A stretch of DNA of 64,000 nt from Macrostomum lignano (Eukaryota), in the NCBI GenBank assembly GCA_002269645.1, contig NIVC01000586.1, forward strand, positions 186,001 through 250,000. The letters run 5' to 3'. The notes under the pieces were generated by a model. The model was not told the origin of the DNA and did not search any database. It saw only the letters and a program-made list of their open reading frames with translations. The position numbers were made by a program, and so were the translations under genes. Below, piece by piece: positions 14,101 through 27,947 of this stretch (positions within the stretch are counted from its first letter, which is position 1; the number at the start of each line of letters is the position of its first letter).

Positions 14101-17100
14101 ACCTCAAGGCCCAGAGCGCGAGCCTGTCTGCACAGATTTCGCACAGCTCGCACACTCTGGCCAACCAGCCGGTCAGCGTTGCCCAACAATTGGGCATTGA
14201 TGAGGCAGGCAGCTGGGCACACAGACAGCATGGGGCTGCGGCTCAGCAGGGGGTCGGGAGCGCCCACACAGGTGAATATGAGCGGCAGCTGCAGAAAGGC
14301 GAACATGACTACTCGAAGTAGCCGCTGAAGTCGGTTGGGCAAGTCGGCAAGCAGGCAGCGGGAGAGCAGCAGTGCGGTGAGCAGCTGACTGTTGCAGTAC
14401 AGCACCAGGCCGAGGGTTCCGCCCCCGCTGTGCCTGTCACCAGGCGGATCGGGCGAGCTCAGCAAGGCCGCCGCACCGGCCGCCCGAACTAGCTCACAGC
14501 TGCTCCGATAGGAATAATAAGCCATGAGCACAGACACGAGATTGGCGCACGCAGCCCGGAGATAATCCGAGTCCAGGACGGATGCTAAGCCGGCCAGAGC
14601 GATCACTGAGTGAGGATTTAGGATTAAAGACCTTTTAATATTAACATCAAGCTGTAGAATTTTGGGTCACAAAGGTTAAATAAGCTTGCTACAGTGAAGG
14701 GGTGCAGTTCACTGAAGGGCTGGAGGGGTGCAGTTCACTGAAGGACTGAAGGGGTGCAGTTCACTGAAGGGCTGGAGGGGTGCAGTTCACTGAAGGGCTG
14801 GAGGGGTGCAGTTCACTAAAGGACTGAGGTGTATACTTTATAAACTTTGAAGCTCTATGAAACAAAAGTGGCAAATATTCACCTAGTCAACTTTGCATTG
14901 CTCATGGCAACCATAAGCCCATGATATCAGCAGGATAAAATAGTAAGTAGATAGGTGGGCAACTAATATCAGCAACATGGAAAAGTCTATACACCTAGGC
15001 ATTTGGGACAATAGCAGCCTGATGGACGATTGACTTAATCAATGACTATCACCAGAGCATTTACAAAATGGATAATCATCTAGATTGCCTAAGTCTATAA
15101 GTTTTTGCAAATGATAAACTCACTCAAACTGAGTGCCTATTTGTAAAGCTTGGATAAGAATAATCTCAGTTTTTTTGAGAGAACTAGAACTAACTTTCTA
15201 AAGAGTGGACCCTAATCTGGGGTTTTTTTGTCTGAAATCCAGTTGACAATTGCCATCCTTAGTTGCCAATTGGCAACTGACCTATTTCAGTGTCCCAGTT
15301 TATAAAGTTGTTTTTGCAACAATTTTCACGCATTGACAAAAAAATAATATGCTCAAATCAGCTCAGGCTTCAGGTTTTCAGCCAAGCCAATCTTAGCAGT
15401 AATAAAATGTGACAGACTGTTTTATCATCGTCAACTGCCTTGGTTCAAGTTGGTTGCCAGATTGGCCTCTGATGCCACAAATCCAGTTGCCAATGGCTTT
15501 TTTGGGTAGCCAGTGGCTACCATATGGCCTAAAAAAACCCAGACCCTAATTATTTTAGTTATTATTTTTATTGCCATAGTGCAATGTACTTAATCATTGT
15601 TATCTACTTAATAACCATACATGCACAACTTTGGGAATCACCTGGCCATTTCTATTGGCAACACACATGTAAGTTGCTATTGGCTCAGAGCAGTCATGTG
15701 ACTACTATTCCATCCAATAGCGACTTATATGTGTGTGTTGCCAATAGAAACGGCCGAGTGAATACCAAGGTTGCGCCTAAGCATGTTAATAACTAAGACT
15801 TAAAGACCATTGGAGCCCTTTATTTCATGGATAGGAGCAGAAAGATAGATCACTAAAAATAAATATTGCCACTTTAAAAGCTTTTATAAGGGGATCTTTT
15901 TAAATCCCTTGGGTTATAGACTCAAACAACAAAGATATTTGATATGAGCTACCACACGTGTTATGAGCTATGCCTCACAATGCCTTTGCCCTGACCCCTA
16001 TACTCTCTACCTCTTCTTTATGCTGCTTGTTCATTCTAGTTTGCCCCTTTCATAAGCTGCCATTCTTCAATTTCTTCATTTTTTGTTTTCATTTTCATTG
16101 ACTAGCATCTTTTTTGTTTCTTTCTTTTTGGACTAATCCAATCAGGTCTCTTGCTACAAATGCCTTTAATTGGCAAGCCTTCCCCTTTCTTTCTCTATGG
16201 CTGTTTTGCCCTCTACAGTCTTGCATGGCTTAGCCCACCTAGCCTCTCCCCTCCTGCTCTCACTCCACTTATATGCAGTATTTATTTGCATATATGGTCT
16301 TTGCATTCCTGGCCTCTTGCCTACCCTTGCATATATTGGCCTCTTGCTTTCCCTACTTTATGCTACTAATCTAGTTTGTTATAAACATCAAGAAGTAAAA
16401 TATTCAACAAAAAGACAAGGCAAAGTCAGCCTATATAAGTATAGCTAATGATCCTTCTTAGTAGGACAATGCTACTTTTCATTTGTTATCTTGTAAATTT
16501 TTTCTTTAATCTTAATATTTATTTGGATCTACAAAGTATTTATAAAGGTCTTTAAACTCATATTATCTTTGTTGCTATTGAATAGCTATCTATGTATAGC
16601 TTCTTTAGGGTACAATGTAGTCAAAATTGGCAATATTGAAAAAAACAATTATATATATTATTAATTATTCCAAAATAATGTCATGGTATTAGTCAATATA
16701 TATAAACTGCATTCAATTTAAATAAATTTGATATATAGACCTTTGAGAATGACTTTTTGACTTTGAGAATGAATAAACATTTTTGGAAAGCATATTTAGA
16801 TTTAGCATAGGAAAAATAATGCCAATGGATAGGACAAACTTGAAAGAAGTTAATCTTCTATATATCTAAATATATATCTATACCTATAAAAATAAAAACT
16901 TTGCATGTCTATGGACAATTTTGATTGCTATGGACTCCCAAACTGCTCAACCAAATGATACCAAACTTTGCAATCACCCCAAACTTACTACAGAGAATGT
17001 CTTTGGCTACCTTTAATAAATTTTCTAAACTCAAGTCTTCCTACCTAAAAGTACAAAAAAACTGCTCAAAATGCGAGATGAGAGAAAGGAGAGAGAAAGA

Positions 17101-19172
17101 AAAGAAGAGATGAGAGCAGAGACGAGGGAGAAGAGAATAGAGGGAAGAGAAGAGAAGAGAGAGAAGAGGGGAGAGAAGTGAGAAGAGGAGAGAAAACAGT
17201 AGAAAATAGAAAGAAAAGAAGAGATGAGATAAAAGAGATGAGAGAGAAGCGAGAAAAGAGAAGTGAGAAGAGATAAGAGAACAAAGATAAAAGAAGAGAA
17301 AAGAGAGTTGATAGAGCAAAGATAAGAGAGAAGAGAGATGAGGGAAGAGACGAGAGAAAAGAGGAGAGAGTAAAGAGGAAAGAACTGAAGAAATGAGAGG
17401 AGAGAGAGAGAAAAGAGGAGACAGAAGAGAAGATGGAAGTTTCAAAGATCCAAGGGACTTTAAGAGAGGCAGAGGCCAGAGTTTGCCAATACATGTTTTA
17501 GAGTCAAATAGACATTTTTTGACATCCTGCATAGCACCCCAGCCAACTATATCAATGGTTGCCTTAAATCCTAATTTTACACAAATGTAGCTCTATTTGT
17601 TTCTCTCTATCCTAATGATCAATAAGTTTTTGTGTGAATATCACTTTAGATTTTAGAATAAATATATACAAAATAGTTCTAGGGATTAGAATTCCCTGGG
17701 TTCAAATTCCACGAGTTTCAATAGCTTGTATACATATTTTTTAAAAAAGATAATATATATATTAACTTCTTTTAAGTTTGTCTTATCCATTGGCATGGTA
17801 TCAGTCCACTTTGGCAACAAACCACTTCAGCAACAACCATTTTGGTGACAAGTTGAATCAGCAACAGCCATTTTGGCAACAGCATTAATAATGCATTTAT
17901 TTCAATTTTAAAAGTAAAGTAAAATTCAAAGTCATCACAAAGCTAAAACAAAGCAGTAAGAAATAAAAAACAAATCCAGTCCTCTTTATGCTTGTTGCCT
18001 ATTCTTTTTTGTTCCCAAAAAAGTCCATTCCCACCCGTAGCCTCCTGCAATTTGTGTATAGAATGCATTGGCTGCATGTACCCACCAAACTATATTTAAT
18101 AACCATCTTAACTTTGATGCAGGTAAATTGAGGACAGTGCATATAGCCAGCAAGCTCTCTAGAGTTCTTTTTCTTGCCAGCCAGACTTCTCCACCCTCCA
18201 CTATAGCTGTATATGCTAATAATAACCACCAGCCCCCCTCCTGCCCTTGTTTTCATTTCTTGCTTACGCTGTCACTGAAATGGCTATTGCCAAAATGTTT
18301 ATTGCCTAAATTGTTTGTCGCCAAAGTGGACTATATTCACTCCTATTTTTCCTATGCTAAAGCGTAAATCTAAACATGCTTTCTAAGAAATGTTTATTCA
18401 TTCTCAAAGTCTAAGGTCTTATATTTCAAATTTATTTAAATTGAATGCAGTTTTATATCAACAGTTTAACTTTAAGCTTTAATATAAAATTACCTGATCT
18501 TCTTAGCATTTCTTATTTCAAGAAACTTTAAAAACCTATAAAATAAATTTGCTTTAATATTAGCTATATAGATAAATTACTGATAAAAGAATATTTATTA
18601 CTGAATTTGCCTAAATTGTTGCTATTTTTTAATTTATTTCTTTTGCTAATATTTTTATTGCCAAATTTGCCTATATCTAACATAATGGAAACAATCTCTA
18701 TGTTTTACTTAGCTACTTATATTATTGCAATTTATACTTTATTATCTAGCTAGATTAGTTATATTAGCTAAATAATAAATATATTATATTTAAGCTACAT
18801 AAAAATAAGCCAATAAGACTCACCAGCTGATTTGAATATAAAGCTAAACAAAGGGATGATAATAACTAAAAAGAACACTAATGACTGAGGTGGACAATCA
18901 TCTATGTTTATAGTATTCTCAAAGAATCTATCAAACAATGATAGGGTATCTTTGCCAATGTCTTTAAGCAAGCAAAGCTTATATTGCTCTCTGTTTAACT
19001 TAGAGCCATTTCCAGATAAACGATCAACAGACTGAACAGCTTCAACATGTTGCGTTCGAATGATAGAAGGGAGTTCTGTGTTCAATGTATTATCAATAAT
19101 AAAAAGAAAAGGAACACGTAATAAAACATCCAAGGTACTAGATGGAATAAGCTGAAGAAAGTCCATCTTCAT
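11144..19172 (-). CDS. TRC8-family (RNF139/RNF145) multi-pass ER RING-H2 E3 ubiquitin ligase; appears to lack the last TM segment
   Basis: Exons 18824-19172 ([20 protein letters not shown]), 14103-14605, ~12644-13084 ([12 protein letters not shown]; GMTAVIS; [14 protein letters not shown]; [18 protein letters not shown]) and 11144-11371 (RING-H2 [23 protein letters not shown]). Phases join. I cannot decide RNF139 vs RNF145 without an alignment. Confidence 0.88.
11890..12540. repeat. 22-bp minisatellite GCACCTAATGCATTCTAAGTTG
   Basis: Tandem array in the RING-ligase intron. Confidence 0.95.
13134..13307. mobile_element. Palindromic MITE with CAT...ATG ends and 8-bp TSD (P-element-like)
   Basis: Near-perfect foldback with a central GTCACGTGAC; TSD TACAGACT on both sides. 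Confidence 0.85.
14695..14830. repeat. 26-bp short tandem repeat
   Basis: GGGGTGCAGTTCACTGAAGGGCTGGA, about 5 copies. Confidence 0.9.
15217..15542. mobile_element. MITE with short CTGGG-T-run TIRs and 8-bp TSD (hAT-like)
   Basis: ACCCTAAT at 15209-15216 and 15543-15550; internal ttggcaac/gttgcca motifs. Confidence 0.7.
15616..15785. mobile_element. Second copy of the same MITE, opposite orientation
   Basis: Homologous to 13134-13307; TSD TTAATAAC on both sides. Confidence 0.85.
16697..18458. mobile_element. Foldback element with ~150-bp inverted arms around a GA-rich core; right arm interrupted
   Basis: 16697-16855 is the reverse complement of 17760-17796 plus 18344-18458; purine-rich tract at ~17075-17430. 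Confidence 0.7.
17797..18343. mobile_element. Nested TIR element (GG...CC ends) inside the foldback arm
   Basis: agtccactttggcaacaaac (17803-17822) vs gtttgtcgccaaagtggact (18313-18332); it splits the arm sequence ggcat|tattttt. Confidence 0.7.
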
Positions 19173-20117
19173 GTTATCAAAATAATAGGGTAGGCGTAGG
19201 TCTACTACTACAGTTCTTAACAAAACAACAAAACAAAGATCTAACTCAAATCAAATCCTTTCAAAACAAGACTTCGCTCTAGGTCCTACCCTGGAATATA
19301 GGCTTACCAATTTAACAGACTTAATGTATTTTAGCATGAGCGCTTATTATTAATTAATAAACTTAGCAGTAGCCTACAACACAAATAAAACAGAAACGAT
19401 CCTCCACTCCATTCATTCATTATATTAAAAGTCACAGAGCACAGAATTGTTGTCTGTTGTCAAATTGTAACAAAGCTAGAAAACAAACCTATAAAAAGTA
19501 GAACCCATTGTTTTGTTTCTTTGTAAAAAGAAACTTTAAGTGCTACTTCTTTTCTGTCAATCGTTACAAATACTTTTAAAGTACAAAAATTTGTTTAAAC
19601 CTACTTTTTTATTTTATTCAGACACTACATTTTTTAATTGTTGAAAGTACTCATTTTTTAACCTTACCTTAGCACCTACCTTAGGTGCTGCCTTACCTTA
19701 GTTTACCTTACCTTAGTTCTAAGCTCGTTTCCGTCTTTTCAAAGCCAGAACTACAAAATAAAAAATGTTCAACTTTAAGAACTTTGTAACACTATTTTAA
19801 TCATAAGTCTGAGCAGAATTCTAGTAGGCCTACATTTCCCAGAATCCCAGCGAATTGCTTCTGCGTTAGGTCAAAGCAATTTTGCATTGGAATTTCAATT
19901 CAAGTCAATTTATTCTTTCTTCAAAAAGATAGCATAGTTTAGACAGTGTCGCACTGTATAAAGAATCAGAAGTGCATTGTTTTTTCGAAATAAATAATTA
20001 AAACTTTAGTACTAGTGTGTTTTTTAAAAGCGAATCTATTTAAACTGATGATTTTATTGTGTCACCTGTGTTAGGTAATTGTGATTGTGATGTGAAGTGA
20101 TAGGCTTAGTTTGGAAT

Positions 20118-20245
20118 CATGCTTGGGTGTAACCTTGGGATTCACCTAGCCATTTCAATTGAGAGCATAGGGCCTACACATGTAAGTCGTAATTGGATTG
20201 AATAATATTCTTGTGACTGCTCACTGCTCTTAGTCTCAGCCAAAA
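20118..20245. mobile_element. Degenerate partial third copy of the same MITE
   Basis: catgcttgggtgtaaccttgggattcac...cacatgtaagtcg; right end lost. Confidence 0.6.
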
Positions 20246-21799
20246 GTCTTAGCCAAAAGTGTTTCTAGATTCTAGGGTTCTCTTTTTTGCCAGAGACAAG
20301 GTGCAAAATTGCACCCTATGCTCATTTTCATAGTGCAATTTTAAGGCTCAAAGTGCAATTTCTCTTTTTTCTTATTTTAAGGCAGTGCAAATGCAAATGA
20401 AGGCATAGCATAGTTCTAGTTTAGGGGCCTACTTCGTGATATTATTTTGCCTTTTGCTAAATTATTTCACCCTGTTTTTGTCATTTTCCAGGTTTGGCTC
20501 AAGTGTCACAAGTCAGTCAGTCAGTTGAAGTTGCCAAGTCATTTAAACAGAATAATACACGGAAGTCCAGTAAAGCACAGTGCCAAATGCATTGTTAGGG
20601 TACAGGCGGCGCCAGATATATTCTTCAAGATGACTCTAGAAGAATGCATCGCTTGTACCGTGCATTGCGCGCAGCCACGCAGGTGCCTCTTGGCAAGGGC
20701 CCAGGTGCGACCAGGTCCACCTAGCTCTATTGGGTATTCAATGTCGGGGTAGCTAGGCAGCTGGCCATTGTATAGATTAAGCTGAAAGGGTTGTGGTTTT
20801 GGTACAAATGTAGAATATGCTAGGCCTATGTAAATGCAAAAAAGCACATAAAAATAATATTGCAAAGTAAACTAGAACTATGCCCAAATGAAGCTTTAAT
20901 AGAAAAAATAGGTTATGAAACCGCACCTAAACTGCACCTACATTTCAATTTCAGGTTCCATTTTTTTTTTAATTTAGGGTGCATACACACACTGCACAAA
21001 AAATAAACTCAGTTTGTTTCAATTATTATTATTTTCTATTAGGATTTAGGTATCTTATAAAAAATTGACATAAAGAAATAATTAAGCTAAAGATATAGTA
21101 AGTCAAAAAAGAATATCCAATTTTTATTTGAAGTCTTGAAGCATATATATGCTTGACTTTTGATACATAGTATGCAATATATTTATAGCACATATACATA
21201 GTTTATTCACAATCTAGAATAGGCTGCACTATGTTACTTTTGTTTATATGGCTACTAGTCAAACTGGCGATAATCATATTGGCAAAGACATTTAGCAATT
21301 GACTAGCCATTTAGCCCCCCGCTGGGGGGTTTTAAAATGACACCAAATGGTTTTTATTTTGGGCCAACAGTAACCATTAATTTCCATTTCCATTAATTAA
21401 AAATTACCCTTTCTCATTTTGAAAAAAAAATAAATTGCCATGAGTCAAAACTTTCACTAGAAAAAATGTTTCCTTCATCAGCCCAAAACCCTTTTTCAAT
21501 CAGCAAATAGTGCTTATCCTTTCAAGCACAAACTCTTAGAGCATATCGTCATTGGCCTAGGCATATTCTGGTCCGCAGCAGGAGCTCAATATGCCAATCC
21601 CTGACGGCCTTTGACACCCCTCTTTATTAGCCTAACTCAAAGAATCAAACTTTTAATAAATACCCTGGTATTTCCTATCAGCAGAATTCAGCATCACTTG
21701 TGTGTACTATTTTATTATCTGAATTAAATGAGCTACTTAAGCCGTACTACTTGACAATCTAACAATCGCTCAACAACCTAACCCCCTCCCCCCAACTAT

Positions 21800-23600
21800 T
21801 CAGCCATTCCGCATGAGCCTTGATATCTCAACAATTCAGCCATCCCCATGAGCCTTGACATCTCAGCAATTCCCCCAGTAGGCCTTGACGTCCCAGAAAT
21901 TCCCTCAGTAAGCATCGACATCGCAGCAATTCCCAAGTAAGCCTTGACATCTACGCAATTTTCCCAGGCCAGTAAGCCTTGACATCTCAGCAATTCCCCG
22001 AATAAGCCTTTAAATGTCAGTAATTCCCTCAGTAAGCCTTGACATCTCAGCAATTCCCCCAGTAAGCCTTGACATCTTAGCAATTCCCCCAGTAAGCCTT
22101 GACATCTCAGCAATTACCCCAGTAAGTCTTGACATCTTAGCAATTCCCATGAGCCTTGAAATCTCAGAAATTACCCCAAAAAACCCATGACATCTCAGCA
22201 ATTCAACCAATAAGCCTTGCCATCTCAGCAATTCCTGAGATGTCTCCACCTGAAATTATCCCTTCCAATCCCAAAAAAGACTTCAGTCATACTCTAGCGG
22301 CCTAGAATTGTCCCCACAGCAAACAATATTTACTTAGCAGTAGTCCACAATAGCCCACAGTTACCACCTCAGCAGTTTGCAGCTATACGCTCATAAGTCT
22401 GGAGCAAAGATCATATCATTGTTTCTGAATATGGTCTGGAGGAACTCCATCTGCACATCCCACATCTTTACATCTATGATATGATCCTCCAGAGGATATG
22501 ATCTATATGTCTAGAGGAACTACCTTAGCAGTTTGCAGTTTGTCCCCTTTGCAGTCTGCAATGATCCTTTTGACAATCTGCAGTTCTTCTGTCGGCCGGC
22601 TCCTCAGTTTCCTGCTTAGAAAACTGCAATGATATTTTCAACAATAAAAATTTCCTAACAATTTAGTACGGTTCACTAATCAATTTTCGATACATATCCG
22701 CAGTGTTTTGCACAAATCAGCATTAAGCAATACCTTCATTCCTAAATAGCAAGCATCTCCCACAAGTAAGCAATCTCAGCACTTCCCCCTTATAAGCCTT
22801 TGAAACCTCAATTCAAGCAATTCTTCCAGTAAGCCATGGAATATCAGCAATTTCCCATGGGCCTTGAAATCTCAGAAATTGCCCCAAAAAGCCATGACAT
22901 CTCAGCAATTCCTGAGATATGCCCACAACAACCTGAAGTTATCCATTCTAATCCCACAAAACAGACTACAGTCATTATCTTAGCAGCCTGGAGTTATCCC
23001 ATTGCAGTCTATAACTTTCATTAACATAAGCATTTATCCCCTCAGCAGCCCAAAACTGTCCCGTCAGCAAACCACAATAATCCACTCAGCAGTCCACAGT
23101 AATCCGCTAAACAACCTGAACTTAATTACTTAAACTGTATAGTTTTGAAACTGATGTCTTGCTATCCTATCTTCTCTGAGAGTTGTCTTGCTCAGAAGTC
23201 TACGAATCTTCCAAGCAGCCCCCTTCAGCAGTTTTAGCTATAGGCTTGTAAGTCGGGAGGAACTACCTCAGCAGTTTTCAGCTATAGGCTTGTAAGTCGA
23301 GAAAAACTACCTCAGCAGTTTTCAGTGTGTCCCCTTTTAGCAGTTTTCAGTTTGTCCCCTTTGCAGTCTGCATTAATGACCCTTTCGCCAATCTGCAGTT
23401 CCCCTCAGCAGTTTGCAGTTCTCCTCTCGGCCGGCTCCTCAGTATACTCAGCAAACTGAAAAATAAAGGATCCTTTCAAGAATCTAAATTTTTTCTCAGC
23501 ATTTATTACGGTTCACTAATAAATTTTCCATACATATCGGCAGTTTTTTTTCACAAATCAGCCTTCATTTTAACAAAAAAATTAGCAGCTTAGCAATTTG
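21800..23600. repeat. Degenerate ~28-bp repeat plus an old ~0.7-kb tandem duplication
   Basis: aagccttgacatctcagcaattcccc units; ~22240-22740 resembles ~22905-23590. Confidence 0.7.
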
Positions 23601-23792
23601 ATACTTTCATGGAGCTAGGCAATACCCATTGATGCAATGAGTAATACTCGAAGCAGTTTTTTACAAATCAGATTTGCTTAGTAAATTAGCAAAAATTATT
23701 CATTAGGTGTGCCTTACAAATTCAACAAAAATATTCCTATTAGTTGAGCCCGAAGCTATATATAAATGAATAAATTAATTTAATTTTAATCA

Positions 23793-23876
23793 TCCGCCAA
23801 GGAGGCAGACTCGAACCTTGGACCTTATGCCTAGCCTAAACCTAGTCCTAGTGCCTACACTGCGGCTATTCCGCCT
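23793..23876 (-). mobile_element. tRNA-derived SINE-like head
   Basis: Minus strand has an A-box-like TAGCCGCAGTG and a B-box GGTTCGAGTC; no convincing cloverleaf. Confidence 0.4.
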
Positions 23877-24572
23877 ACTGATGGGAGGACGCAAAAATCA
23901 GCCATATATGCTTCGGCACTGCAGTCAAATACATAGCAGTGATAGGCTGCTTAGTGTGCACAGGTTGTGTGCAGGCAGAGCCAATGCACAATTAAGTGAA
24001 ATCTATAAATAGCAATTGTCTATGTAGTCAGCCAGAGCAAAATGTACACACGCCGCCACTGAGCATTATTTTCCTCTCCCTTATTGCAGCCAGTATTGGG
24101 GCGTACACAGTGAACAGAGAAAAGTTGTGGCACAATCTTAATTGGAATTGCTATTCAGTTAGTCAAGATGTTGACCTTTTCTTGCCTCCCATTGAAAGCA
24201 TTGGGAAAACTTGTTTTTCGAATATTTAACCATCTTCTTATTCAAATTCTTCAATGCAATTATATCCACACAATCTCACAATAATTTGCAATTGAATAAA
24301 GCAAGTTTGAAAAAAATCAGTTCAGGCATTCAGGCTGTAGACTGGAATACCGGTCAGACAGATCTTAGAGATTTAGTATATTGTGATAATGTGATTTTGC
24401 ATTATAGATTTTATATATTTCAAATATAAACAAAACTTTATATGAATACAATTTCAAATTTTATATGTAAATAATTCATTTTCAGATGGCTAATATCTTT
24501 TCTAATAAAAATGGTATATAAAGGCTACATTTCTAACATAATTTAAAGTTTTATCAAACATTTTAATGTAAT

Positions 24573-25358
24573 GGCTCATTCCATATAAGCATGGTCGTAA
24601 CATGACAGGTTATTTTTACTTATAAAATGAAATCTAATAATAGAATATACTAAACCAATATTTTAAATGAAAGATTATTTTGTCTAGAATATATTTATAG
24701 AGTTTCATATAGATATCATCATTAGTATAGATGCTATTAAACCTTAAATGACACTTATGGTCGTAACGACAGGATTTTTGACATATAGAAACTAAAAGGT
24801 AAAAGTCTTATAACATTTTTCATTTTTGATATTTTGCAATACATTTTTAAAATTTGACTAAGAACATCTTTAGAAATCATACTCTTTTATTAGAATATAT
24901 AAACTCAAAAGGCAACAAAGATAAAAAAAAAAGGCAGCCTTATGGTTGTAACATTATGGTCGTAACATATTTTTTTCTGTCAATTCAGCAACTTTGAGGT
25001 ACTAATACATTAAAAATATAATAGATTATTTGGTCACCAATGCTTTTATCTGATGATGCAAGTACTATACTTTTATCTATAGTTTGTTTCAACCTTCAAA
25101 AGCTTTCTATTTGTTTTTAAAAGGTACAAAATCTTAATGATGTCTTTTGCTTCGAAAAATGTCCAAATTTTTACAAAAATGACTTTTTGCCAATTGATTA
25201 CATACTAATCCAACATTTTACCATTCCTTTTTTCTTAGATTGTATATATTGCACAATATAAACATTTGGTAAAAAAAATAGGCTAATTAGGCAATGGCAA
25301 GCAAAAATATTGACTTTTTTCTATTTTCCAAATATGTCCATCTTATATGGAATGAGCC
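24573..25358. mobile_element. Non-autonomous DNA transposon, 17-bp TIR GGCTCATTCCATATAAG, TAAT TSD
   Basis: Perfect TIRs, TAAT on both flanks, repeated internal atggtcgtaac motif. Confidence 0.8.
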
Positions 25359-25964
25359 TAATAATGTATGTATGGCATTTAGTGAAAATAATAAAGAATG
25401 CATCAATCTAATATAGTTTGCTATTTTTAAAGCGATATCATTATAAGAAAACAAGTTATAAACTATGCATTTTGAACCAACCCATAGTTTTTTAATCTAA
25501 CCCAATTCCAATTTTTTATCTTTAAAACTATTTTTTGTATACTCTATTAAAATAAATAGTATTAAATATTAATACTTAATAACAATAATAACAATTATTA
25601 GTAATTATAATAATCAAAGCTTTCTAATGTTTAACTGCCAATAGCCAATTGATATATATATCAAATATATCAAATTAAACAGTCAACATATATATGTATA
25701 GCCTCTTACAAGACCTTGTTGCCAGATTGACTGTTGCTATTTTGACTGTTGCCAGATTGATTAGACACCATTTGTATAAACTCAAAAAGAAAAAATCAAT
25801 AAATCATATTTAAAATTATAAAAAATTAATGTTTATAAAATAGGAAAATTTATATAACAAAGTTTTAAATATGTATTTTACCAATTGTTTTGCAAATATA
25901 TTATAAATATATAAAGGATAAAAAAGAGCTATATAAAGCTGTATAAAAATATTATAATTTTAAT

Positions 25965-27342
25965 ATAGCATTTCCCAGTCAATTTGGTCCTAGAATCACT
26001 TAATTTAATCCATAAAAGAGAAACCTAATTCATTCTGCCATCACTGAAGATATGTCTATGGCCAAATATGCTGTTTTGTTCCACTCAATGTAATCCTGGA
26101 GGCACTAATTTTGCGTATATATTTTAAAAGCTCTTACTTTTACTCTTACTTACCATTGGCATGAGTCATTGGTGGAGATGGAACATTTAGGTTGACTTTG
26201 ACTCTCAGAAGCGCCAGCTGCTGCTTGATTGTGGCTTTTAAACAGCTATGAGCAGATTCCACTATGTTAAAAAATGGCAAGTAGGGTGGAAGCACTACAA
26301 CCTACCAATTGTGCTGGAACATTGCTGGAATTTTAACCCCATTGTAAAATCTGGCCCCATCCATTACAATGTAGAACTGCTACTAGTGACGTACATCATG
26401 GTGAGCACTAACATTCGCATCTTTGCAAGATATCAATTGATGCAGTCCTGAAACTTTTGAGCAATCATTGTCTCAGCAATAATCTCATGGTGCAGTAGGT
26501 CAGGGTATGGGATATAGCTTGAAAAATGTTCACTTGGACACCACATTGTGTATGAACAACTTGGCACACTTGTTGACCCCGTCAGCTATGGCCTTGACCA
26601 CGTGGCGTCCACAGATTAAAACCTGTTTCATTGACTTAAATCAAATGGCAATCAGCTGGTAGACCTAGCAGCCATTTGTCATGCTCATGTCTCCTTGCAA
26701 TGTTTTTGGGGCTGTTCCTGGCTGCTCGCATATCTGTGTCCCTTACCAAGCACTTCATTGTAAACAATTGCTTGTCAAGCTTCCAAGCAATGGTACTTTT
26801 GCTAACTTCCATTCCATGAGATTGTTAAAGATCATGTTGCATTTGACTCAGCATTAAAAGTAGATTTTCTTCCAACATTTGCAACAGCCTGTTTTTGTGT
26901 ATCTCTCCCAGTTATTCATATTGCAAGCCACCTCTGAGAAGAAAATCTTGGTGGCCAGTGGTTTCGTATCACCTTCTTATTGAGTATACCATTTAAATTT
27001 TCATGTTTAGCCACTGAGAAATTGACAATAAAGTCTCTCCACACTTAAGAGCTTTCACAAGGAGACGGTACCTCTCATTGTTGACTTTTGCATATGGTCT
27101 GCACCCCTAATTTCCTTCTCTGTCAGCATTGACAAAGCTGGTGCTACTTTCCAAGTCATCATTCTTGCTTAATAATGGCTTTTAAAATAATTATACAAAA
27201 TTAGTGCCCCTAGGATTAAATTGAATAGAATGAAACAGCATATTTGGCCATAGACATATCTCTAGTGACAGCAGAATGAATTAGAATTCTGTCTGGCAGA
27301 TTAAATTGAATGATTCTAGAACCAAATTGACTAGGAAATATT
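25965..27342 (-). mobile_element. Decayed Tc1/IS630-family transposon with ~170-190-bp TIRs
   Basis: Inverted arms at ~25965-26130 and ~27180-27342. Minus strand reads FYIVMDGARFY..(stop)VVVLPPYLPFFNIVESAHSCLKATIK (~26230-26380), matching the DNARFH/LPPYSP-N-IE DDE motifs; stop codons present. Confidence 0.8.
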
Positions 27343-27947
27343 ATAATTTATATAAAAATTTGTGTCAATGCTAGAGTAAGTTAGAGCTAGGAGATTTCAA
27401 ACTCACTGCTAGCATAGCTTGTACATTCATATAGTAGTGTATTTTGTCTAGTATACTTGGCGCACAATTGAAAATATTTTTCAGTAACTTCTAGTGTATA
27501 CATTATATGATCTTGACTATAGATGCACAAGTATATGTGCATATGTGTATTCCCTCTAGGAAAAATTTTATGAGGCAATGCTAAGTTAGTAGTTAGCAAT
27601 TACTAACTTTGCAGCAGCAGCTAACCAACAAGTAGGAAGTTTTGGTTTCATGTCTAAGCTGCTAAATAATAACTATTAGTTAATAGTAAGGTTGTGCCAC
27701 CAAAACATCTATGTGATAAGAATGTAGGCTCTCTCAAGGCAAGTAGGAAAATACTAAATATTAAGCAGCTTTTTGTGGCTTTGAATTAAAATGGCCTCCA
27801 TTAAACACAAGAAACTTTTCTGTCCCTAATGGGAGCTCACAAGTCAATGTTTGCAAGTTTTTCTGATGTTTCTAAGGCAAAGAGTAAGAAAAGAAAGGTG
27901 TGAGAGAAGATTAGATTTGCTATGGAGTCGAATGGACTGAGCAATTC

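Noticed and set aside
17041-17532. Hydrophobic Leu/Ser/Phe ORFs that look like membrane proteins
   Set aside because: Antisense translation of a GA-rich low-complexity tract.
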